In this document: piece after piece, positions 10,160 to 17,886 of the stretch
How positions within the stretch are numbered: position 1 is the first letter of the stretch
How the letters are laid out: every line of letters starts with the position of its first letter
Notes under the pieces: model-generated
Databases searched by the model: none
Seen by the model: the letters and a program-made list of their open reading frames with translations, nothing else
What the model was told of the DNA's origin: nothing
Assembly: GCF_000143415.4 (NCBI RefSeq)
Contig: NW_003314301.1
Location: forward strand, 132,133-150,018
Length of the DNA: 17,886 nucleotides
Direction of reading: 5' to 3'
DNA from: Selaginella moellendorffii
Lineage: Eukaryota > Plantae > Lycopodiophyta
Translations under genes and position numbers: made by a program

Positions 10160-13100
10160 CTAATTAGCTCCAAAAGTTTTCTGCAACTCAGCAATAGTAA
10201 GGCTTGCTTGGTGTATATGAATATCCACTTTAGGATCCTGGTGCAAGATGTTGATGAAGATGTAGTACATATGCTTGCAAGGAGCATATGCCTTCCCATG
10301 TTCCTCGCGCTTCATAAAGTCTGGACATGTGCAAGAAGGAAGTCTTGAATGGCAATTGTGTACTCTCCACCTTCTGTTTTGACTGTGTACTCCTTTGCGA
10401 GCGCAGTGATGTACTTCGTGGAGAGAATCTCACACTCAAGTGTTTGAGCCAAGTTTATTTTACCTTGCTTCTGCTTGGAGACGGTACCAATAAATTTAAC
10501 TGCCTTACCTTTTCGTGCTGGCCTCTTGTGCATCTCTGTAGGAATAGTCTTGGTTCTATCACTTATATCTCCAACTCTCCTCTCAAGATTGAAACTAGAT
10601 TTCTCAAGGTTTTCAATCTCATCCGAGGTGAGCGCAACCCCATTAGCAACCGGCCATTCTTTAGGTATTGCATCAGGTTTAGTCACTATAGTGTCTTCAA
10701 GCCGCTTTGTATGGTTGACATCAGAGTTGCAGCAATATAACCAACACCATCTTGAAAATCCTGCTTGCTTTCGTTCCCCATGGAAACATGGGGCTGGAAC
10801 AGAAGCAGACTTATCACCACAGATCCAAGCCCAACACTTGCCCCTTGGAAGCATCCCCACACACCTTACATTTGATTTTGCTGGCACTCGACGGATTGCC
10901 CATTGCTTCGGCTCCACACTATGATAAGCAATTTCAACCTGCTGTGATGCACTTTCTTCATCAGCCACTTGAGGTGGTTTGGTTTTGGGGCGATGTCTTG
11001 GAGCAGAATGATACTCAACATTAGGCCTGTGAGAGCTTTTTGCTCCAAGATCCGTGCCAACATCTTCACCAGCAAAGGAAAATCAACGCTTTGAGCGGAC
11101 GGTCTTCATATCACCAATAGAAGCCCGAGGAGTGTACTCCATAGATGTGCCACGGACCACTTCCTCCACTACAGTTGCCATTGTTTGTGCTGGTGGAGTC
11201 ACTTTCTTCTTCATTCAATCGTGTAACATCTCAACTGAAGGTCCTGTTCCCATGTATCTTCCTTCCTCAAATGCCAAGGCTTTTGAAGATTGCTCTACAG
11301 CGCATATCAAATCTGATAGACATGCTTCATATAGACTCATCTTCCCTTTCCCTGCCTCAGAGGAACGCCAGCTCCAATGTTTACTCTTTGAGAGATTCAC
11401 AGTTGGGGTGTATGCAAGATCCTCAAGTGGTTGATCCTTATAAAAAGATGATATTAAAAAGCAATAAAAAGAGAGGAAAAAAAGAAAAACCAACCTGAAA
11501 AGAGTGATGTCCCCATTGGAACATTCTAACTTCCCACCACCCCAACCACGACTCAAGTTGTGGTAGACAACTTACGTCAGTATGGCCATCTTCACGCCAC
11601 CACATTCGGATCTTGTTTGCTTTTGCCTCATGCTCTTCTTCAGAAGGTGCAGTCTGCCATTGTTTGCACAACTCCTTAAATGCTAATTGGAAATCTGGTT
11701 TGATAAAATGGCAGTGTTGGTTTAGGCTCTGAGCCCAATGGAACTCACAAGTCCTTTCACGACCTTCCAATGGTTGACCATTCCCAAAGACTGCCCGGAC
11801 ACCATTCCAATTAGCCCCAGCCCCATCTGCCATGAAACCGCGAAAGTTGGCAAGCTTACCAGTCCGTTTCAATACAATGTCGGAGAGGGACTTTCAAAAT
11901 ATTTCTTGAGCCATCTGGTCTTGTACTTTAAACTCTGCCTTTGCAATTGTCAAGTTACAACGTAGCCTGTGAAAAGTGTAATATTTAAAACCATTTTAAG
12001 ATAATGAGAAAAAAAACTACCTTGGATCATACACATGAGCTCCCATGGTTGTCCAACCTGCCACCCGCTCCATATGGTCAAAATGTACCCATGCATTAGC
12101 AAGGTCACTCGACCCAGACATATCCATTCGGGAAACAAGATCCACACCAGAGGCAGGGCCCATGGTAGACATTTTGAAAATGAAGGGGCGCTCTTGCTCA
12201 CTAACGACTTGATCTAGAAATAAACTCCCATGGATAAACTCATAGGGACAAGTCCGTTTTAGTTCAAGGATTGAGTTGATTTTTTATTGGAGTTTCCTCT
12301 CTCGAGATTCACACATCCAAGACTTTATCCTAAATAAAACAAAATGTAAGAGAGATATTATTGAAAAGTATGTAATAATATTTTCATACCTCCTGAGGCT
12401 AGTTGCAAGTTGCACATGTCGTAGTAACTCCCGCAAGCTAGCCTCATCCAGTTGAGTATTCTTGTAGTCCGGATCAAGTAAAGTATTTGCGATAAAATCC
12501 TTGAGCACTGTCTTCTGAACATGCTTCGGAGTTGCAGATGAGTTTCTCACAGTCTCTATCTGCACTGCATCTTTGAAATGGTTGACTGAACTCCTTTGTA
12601 TCCCTTCCTGCATTGGATGTGTGTGCGTGCCAATATGTACTGCAGCTCTACCAACCTCTCCATCCCGTGGAAGAAAATAGTACATCTTGGCCCCGCAAAT
12701 GGCACGACACAATGGAGCATTCTTGGAAAACCGACACTTGGATCCAACACCAATGGTGTCACAAAGGGGAGGATTGGTTGCTGATCCTTCAAAAAATATA
12801 GAGTTTTTACCGCGCTCTTGATTGCATGCTTTATTCACACAATCCAAATACCCACCACAATGAACCATGGACACTGTGCCTTCAAAATGCTGGAAATGTG
12901 TGGTCTTGATCTTGCACCAGTTGTGGACATCCTACTTCGTCTCCATCCCCTTTCGTTTTGAGCTGACAAGAGGTGGTAGTTCAAAGAAGATATTGCCATT
13001 GTATGTAGATGGGAGCTCGCTAACAGGCCTATGTAGAAAGGAACAAACATTGATAGAGAGGCGGGAAAACTGGAAAGCGTTGCAAACAGCTTGGAATATC

Positions 13101-13483
13101 AGTGAAGTTGGAGTTTGGAAATTCTTGGCTCGCATTGGACTAACATCTCCACTAGAACTAGAAGAGGAAGAAATGATGACGACCGACTCTTGCTTCACAT
13201 TCACTTTAGCAGGATCACAGCTTCGCACTTTGATTGGAGATCCAAAAACTCAAATCTCTTTCGACTTGGAATGTTGCAAATCCCAATGTTGTCCACCTTC
13301 ACCTACACCCGAAAGAAGAAACTCCGATCGTTCAACTACACCAATGTTGTTGCGAATCACAGCTTCTAATGAAATAGAACCGAGATAAAAATTGAAACGT
13401 CGGCAAAGAAAACTTTCTGAAATAAGACTTTGGGAGATAGAAAGCGGTGGGTGATCTTGGTAATGCAAAAGGAAGCCCTCCAT
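10160..13483 (-). pseudogene. MULE/Mutator-type DDE transposase pseudogene, ~1050 codons; exons 13483-12390, 12329-12021, 11966-11495, 11436-10160
   Basis: ORF fragments join in frame across GT-AG introns of 60, 54 and 58 bp. Motifs: GCM/WRKY-like finger (HNWCKIKTT..HCGGYLDCVNKAC..C..C..CGAKMYY..HIGTHTHP), D1 in WVHFDH (12077-79), D2 in GFMADGAGANW (11825-27), MULE CxxH in RTCEFHW (11738-49), TVNLS[K]SKH at the catalytic E position (11386-88), and SWIM PSCTCPDF..PCKHMYYIF (10271-10333) after a 1-bp frameshift near 10338. Six in-frame stops. The start codon is uncertain. Confidence 0.85.
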
Positions 13484-13523
13484 TTTGTTGCCTTTAGGTT
13501 TTGGAACTCTAAACTTTTATAAC

Positions 13524-13831
13524 GAAATGTCACCTCACATGTGCTATGCCATTATGTGAAAAGATAGGGCGATTTTATTCTAGGATCTAACATCGAATAA
13601 TGTTGTTATAATAAATTCTGTATGAAGTATATAGGACTATGTTGTACAATATTAAAAGTCTATATACATTGAATTCAAAAACATACTTAAATTTATTATA
13701 TGCACTAACTTTTGGTAGAACGGAAAGAAATATCACCTCAAGCATGTGCCATAATATGAAAGATAGGAATGATTTTATTCTAGGATCTACCATCAACCAA
13801 TTGTTGCCAAATAAATTAAATATTGTACATA
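13524..13831. repeat. Imperfect ~100-bp direct repeat, period 200 bp, in the divergent intergenic region
   Basis: GATTTTATTCTAGGATCTA is identical at 13571-13589 and 13771-13789. The flanks TCACCTCA..TGCCAT..AAGATAGG are also repeated. Confidence 0.75.
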
Positions 13832-14101
13832 TTTTCAATACTTCATTAAAGCTAGAAATCATCACATTCTTCTGAACTCATTTAAATATATTCCATCTTT
13901 GTACTACCATCTATCACCTATAGTAAATTATCTATATACATTGCTTTGGAAATAACACCTTACGATTTAATAATCTTATATTTTCTAACAATTTCGTACT
14001 GTGATCAATTCAACACATGCATCTGTGACATTATTTCACATTATGACATAGTCATATTAAAGCACACCTCCATTATTAAATTACAATTCAAAAGGACTTT
14101 G

Positions 14102-14248
14102 TCACGTGATCAAATCTAGGGCGGAATAGAAATTGTACAGTGCTAGATTTATTATTATTTATTGTACAGTGAAGATTTACTGCATCCATGATGAACGGCT
14201 GTGATGAAAGTTAGGTTAGGGTTAGGGCAGCTGCCGGCATTAGGGTTT
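14102..14248 (+). promoter_or_regulatory. Putative promoter/5'UTR elements of the ParB-like gene: G-box, ATTGTACAGTG x2, telo-box
   Basis: TCACGTGA at 14102-14109. ATTGTACAGTG at 14132 and 14161. TTAGG-TTAGGG-TTAGGG at 14211-14227. TTAGGGTTT (= AAACCCTAA telo-box) at 14240-14248, about 45 bp upstream of the ATG. Confidence 0.45.
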
Positions 14249-14724
14249 TACAGAAAGTATTGCGGGAGATTGGGAGTGACTGCGGGAACAGAATGCCGCC
14301 AAGAGTAAGTTTTTTCTCCTCCTCCACTCCCTCTCCTCCACTCCCTCTCCTCCATGCCCAGCGCCGCCGTGCCCAGCGCCCCCGCCCCAGCACCGCCACG
14401 CCACGCATACCATGCCATTCTCAGCACCGCCACTGCCATGCCGCCGCTGCCCAGCACCGCCACTGCCATGCTGCCGCTGCTGTGCCGCCGCTGCCCAGCA
14501 TTGCCCACGCCACGCCACGCCACGCCAGCGCCGCGCTACCTAGGGCCACTGCTGCCCAGCACCACCGCTGCCAAGTGCCCAGGCCGGGTATTTGGCTGGG
14601 CACTCCACCTGGGCCGGCCAAGTCCACGCAGGTGCCCCCGGCCGGCCTTGTGGCAAATGCCCATGCTGGGCATTTGGCGCGAGCCAGCTAAGTCCAAGCG
14701 CCAAGGCCAACCGCTCGTGAGCCG

Positions 14725-14786
14725 GCTTTGGCGCTTGGAGGAGGGCCGGTTCGCCAGCGAACCGGCTCGCCTCCAAGCGCCAAGGC
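14725..14786. repeat. Near-perfect GC-rich hairpin (30-bp arms, 2-nt loop) in intron 1
   Basis: GCTTTGGCGCTTGGAGGAGGGCCGGTTCGC-CA-GCGAACCGGCTCGCCTCCAAGCGCCAAGGC. There are 3 mismatches, two of which are G.U-compatible. Confidence 0.85.
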
Positions 14787-15070
14787 AAGGTTCTTGGGTG
14801 GGTTGCCTTGGCATGGGCCGGGCAAGGTGCTTGGGGGAGGCCTGCACTGAGCCCACGCCCTGTTCCCCTCTTCTTATGCATTTATAATTTATAATGAGTT
14901 TTTTTTATTTTCAGAAACGAAAGCAACTACAAAAGGAGAGCGATGTTGGATCAAAGAGAAGACATGAGGAAGATGAGATCCAGGATGACAATCAAGTTGA
15001 CCTTCAGATAGAGATTTCCACAGCGACAACTCTACCGTCTTCCCAACCACATAGCTCCAGTCCACATGCA

Positions 15071-15322
15071 CCCCCACCACCGCCATCGATGCCACCACCA
15101 CCATTACCACCGCCACCACCGCCACCACCATTACTGCCACCGCCACCACCGCCACCACCATTACTGCCACCGCCACCTTTACCTTCATCACCACCATTAC
15201 CACCACCGTCATCACCACCATTACCACCACCACCATCATCACCACCATTACCACCACCACCGCCACCATCATCACCACCACCAGCGCAACCATTGACATC
15301 ACTACCATTGCTGCCACAACCA
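15071..15322 (+). repeat. CCA/CCG trinucleotide-rich low-complexity tract encoding poly-Pro
   Basis: (CCA)n/(CCG) runs lie in frame within exon 2. Confidence 0.9.
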
Positions 15323-17029
15323 TAAATGCCACTACTCTTAACATATTCACAAAATATGGCAGAAACGGAGCAGTGCCCAAGTGCGCCTGATGGCGGTGTT
15401 GGGCCCGAGTCGGGGGCTAGATCTGATAATGGTGCTACTGGAGGTGTAGCTGAAGCTGAAAGAGAAGTGGAGCTACCTGAACACATTGTCGACAAGCGCT
15501 TCCAAGAGACAGTTTTGAGAACTAAAGAGAAGGCCATTCACACGACTCTGGAGTCTCTCAAGTGGGAAGGCCCGGGGCACATGATCCGAGAAATCCCACT
15601 ATGTCGATTCACTCAGACAAGCATCGTTCGGTCTGCTTCACCGCACTTCGTCAACATGGACATCTATAGTCTGTACAAACAGAATGGCCTTGGGACAAAC
15701 ATAGGTATGTTCCTTGTTTCGGTTTTCAAGCCAGGAACGACAAATACCCTCTCGGTGTCACCGGAAATCGAGAGGGATTGGGATGACATTTGGAAAATGA
15801 AGTCCCGCGAATTTGACAACAAGCTTATGAGCCATCCTGAGACTCAACAATTTGTGGGGAAAATGTTCTACATTATCGACGGGAATCATCGCTGGTGCGC
15901 GTGGATGAAGTGCATCCGAGAATGCTTCCGAGACGATCCTGTCTATCACATCAATGTTTCGGTTGGACATATACATGCGAGAGGATCTCTAGATGTGGCA
16001 AGGCTTGTAATAGCTTGCCACAAAATTAATGCGTAAGTACCTCTCCCTCTTCAATCACTTTTAACAATTTGTGTTTTGCAGACTGGGACAGTTTGCAGTG
16101 CAGAAACAAAGCCTAGTACATGACATCGAGCAGATCTGGTTTCTTGCCAATCTCGATGAGGATGCAGTCCGCAGCCACTATGGTGATGATTTAGCATCAC
16201 TTATTCGACATCAACGAGGTCGTCAGGATGCCAATAGATGGTACAAGAATCCAATGGCTTTTATGACAGCTGTGTGGAGTAAGGTATGTTCTTTCAAGTA
16301 TACTTCTTATCATAAAATGTTTGTGTTGTCTTCAGCCATTGGTGAAGGTTAAGCAAGATGCATATGCACAGTCGCATCGAGCTGAAAATGATCAAGAACT
16401 CTCAAAGCATTTAGCTGCAATTGACAAGAAAATCAACAGCACAAAGAAGACAAAGGTAAAGAAATTACTTAGTGTGGCTGACCCTCGACACCCAAAGGAG
16501 TGGTTCGATATTATAATAGAGATTGCTTGTCATGAAAGTAAGTATTGTTTGTATTTACATGAAGGTTCTCACAAAAGTTATTTTTTAGTGGGCAAGACTC
16601 CAGATGAGATTATTTACAACATCTCAAAGTCAAAGCTTACATATGAGGAACAGATACACATTCTGAACGACCTCAATAGCAGACTCAGGGAAGGAGAAAA
16701 AGGTTTGGACAGTATGATGGAGACTGTGATGAGGAGGACCGTCTACATTTCACAAACTGTATATGAAGGGGAGATGTTTCTAGCGCCTTTCATAGGGGAT
16801 GATCCTGAGCAACTTCCATTTAAGGACTTCGTCACCATTGAGCTTACAAAACTTGGAGAGGACTGGCTGCCAAAGAAGGCCACAAGCACGACTCCATTTG
16901 ATAAACAACTTGGCCAACCTTACTTCATGTGTCGAGGAGCTTTTAGGTAACATACAATTTCTCAACTATACTCAATTATTTATATTTTATTATAGGTATC
17001 TCCAATATAGAGGCGTTCCTCTCGAAACC

Positions 17030-17886
17030 CATGTTACGAACACGGCCGGGATCCCGGCCGTGTTCACCGTGTTTCACGAACACGGCCATGGGTCGTGTTC
17101 CCACGGCCGTGTTCGTGAACAGTGGTCCGTGTTAGTAACACGGACCACTGTTCAGAATATTCTTGCGCGGAATATTCTGGTTTTAGGGCGCACGGCATCA
17201 CACGACAATCCAGCCAAGGCGCACCATTTCAGGGCACAGCAGTAGCAATCCAAGGCAAACAAGCATGGCGCAGCAATCTAGCATATTGCGAAAGCATCCT
17301 TCTTCGCGATGGTGGGATGAGGTAAGTGTTCTTGAGAGCAGGGGGCATGGCCACAAATTATGGTCATACAAATACTGCCCAATGGTGAACAAACTGAGTG
17401 GTGTTGATCGTGTGCGAGCTCATCTGTTAGGAGAAGGCCCAGGCAGCAAGGATATTGTGAGTTGTCCTCTCATCCCAGGTAACAAGAAAGTGGATCTGCT
17501 CAATATGCAAAAGGTTATTGATTCCGAGAAAGGGGCAAGGGGGAAGAAACGGCCGAATGAATCTGGTGGTGCTTCTATGAGAATGGATGGCAATGTCCAA
17601 GGATTTCCACCGGTGGTATCATCCCAATCAAGTGGAAGTGGCTGCAGTTCCCTATTTTTTAGCAAACAGAGTCAAGTCCATATTGTTGATTCGATGGATC
17701 CTGAGCGGAAGAACCGAGTTGATGTGGCTATTGGAAGATTTTTCTGGAATGAACACATTCCATTTGTCAAGGCTCGGTCACCTTACTTCCTCAACATGAT
17801 ACAGGAAGTTGCCAGGCATGGTGTGCCTTATGCACCACCAAAATATGATGATCTCCGGGATAAGCTTTTGGTGAAAGAGAAACGAT
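17030..17886 (+). mobile_element. hAT DNA transposon (5' end), inserted in exon 6 of the ParB-like gene
   Basis: Coding sequence RYLQYRGVPLET breaks into CATGTTACGAACACGGCC..., followed by palindromic subterminal arrays and a hAT transposase ORF. The predicted 8-bp TSD TCGAAACC (17022-17029) is unverified. Confidence 0.8.
17265..17886 (+). CDS. hAT transposase N-terminus (BED zinc finger plus the region preceding the DUF659-type core), open to the window end
   Basis: Hand translation: MAQQSSILRKHPSSRWWDEV..KLWS[Y]KYCPMVNKLSGVDRVRAHLLG..DIVSCP...VDVAIGRFFWNEHIPFVKARSPYFLNMIQEVARHGVPYAPPKYDDLRDKLL. This is a typical plant hAT signature. The first BED Cys appears mutated TGC>TAC. Confidence 0.85.
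   Translation, partial: MAQQSSILRKHPSSRWWDEVSVLESRGHGHKLWSYKYCPMVNKLSGVDRVRAHLLGEGPGSKDIVSCPLIPGNKKVDLLNMQKVIDSEKGARGKKRPNESGGASMRMDGNVQGFPPVVSSQSSGSGCSSLFFSKQSQVHIVDSMDPERKNRVDVAIGRFFWNEHIPFVKARSPYFLNMIQEVARHGVPYAPPKYDDLRDKLLVKEKR

Larger units (their letters stand above)
9522..17029. mobile_element. Probable large Mutator-like (MULE) DNA transposon with two divergent genes; right end outside the window
   Basis: Abrupt boundary near 9522, with palindromic TTGAGCTCA repeats and an AT-rich subterminal region, followed by a MULE transposase and a head-to-head partner gene. TIR and TSD cannot be confirmed with only one end. Confidence 0.55.
14293..17029 (+). pseudogene. Spliced gene for an NLS/Pro-rich protein with a ParB/Sulfiredoxin-like domain; exons 14293-14304, 14915-16032, 16082-16283, 16336-16537, 16589-16946, 16996-(17029, interrupted by hAT)
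   Basis: ATGCCGCCAAGA|GTAAGT...TTTCAG|AAACGAAAG gives MPPR-KRKQ..KRR. All five introns are GT-AG and keep the frame (610, 49, 52, 51, 49 bp). MFYIIDGNHRWCAW at 15863-15904 matches the ParB/Srx hhhDGxHR motif. One in-frame TAA at 15323-15325 (likely from CAA) joins the 14894 and 15326 ORFs. Confidence 0.75.

Noticed and set aside
11083-13252. In-frame stops repaired by U-to-C RNA editing, readthrough or an alternative genetic code
   Set aside because: U-to-C editing in plants is organellar. Some stops look TGG-derived, and there is also a frameshift and a catalytic E>K change, so pseudogenisation is simpler.
10148-13388. Plus-strand ORFs of 60-173 aa overlapping the transposase
   Set aside because: Antisense shadows of the minus-strand coding sequence, with no motifs.
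14211-14248. Telomere or interstitial telomeric array
   Set aside because: Only 3-4 imperfect TTAGGG units, better explained as telo-box-type 5' motifs.
14211-14887. Several Ala/Arg/Gly-rich ORFs
   Set aside because: The GC-rich intron and UTR lack stops by composition. A strong GTAAGT donor and a polypyrimidine-CAG acceptor explain the region as an intron.
14889-15537. Poly-His, poly-Gly and poly-Val ORFs, or an extensin/formin call for the poly-Pro ORF
   Set aside because: These are alternative frames of the CCA repeat. The Pro frame is continuous with the ParB-like exon and has no signal peptide or FH2 domain.
15326-16036. Bacterial or plasmid parB contamination
   Set aside because: The gene has spliceosomal introns and an NLS/poly-Pro N-terminus, there is no parA neighbour, and it is embedded in plant TEs.

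Overview
Eukaryotic, TE-dense nuclear DNA, most likely from a non-seed land plant (49-60 bp GT-AG introns, Selaginella-like; host is inference). 1-9520 is a nest of decayed LTR retrotransposons. It includes a 1844-bp solo LTR (3327-5170, TG..CA, CCAAT TSD) inserted into an older LTR of its own family, a tRNA-iMet PBS, a second LTR element with a PPT, and a 100-N gap. From about 9522 there is a probable large Mutator-like (MULE) DNA transposon. It carries (i) a 4-exon, ~1050-codon MULE-type DDE transposase pseudogene on the minus strand (13483-10160: GCM/WRKY-like Zn finger, D..D..CxxH..E core, C-terminal SWIM) and (ii) a divergently transcribed, spliced gene for an NLS/Pro-rich protein with a ParB/Sulfiredoxin-type YIIDGNHR motif (14293 to beyond 17029). 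Exon 6 of that gene is interrupted at about 17030 by a hAT transposon with a BED-finger transposase that runs off the window. The head-to-head MULE transposase plus ParB/Srx-fold cargo gene is the best candidate for an undescribed system.
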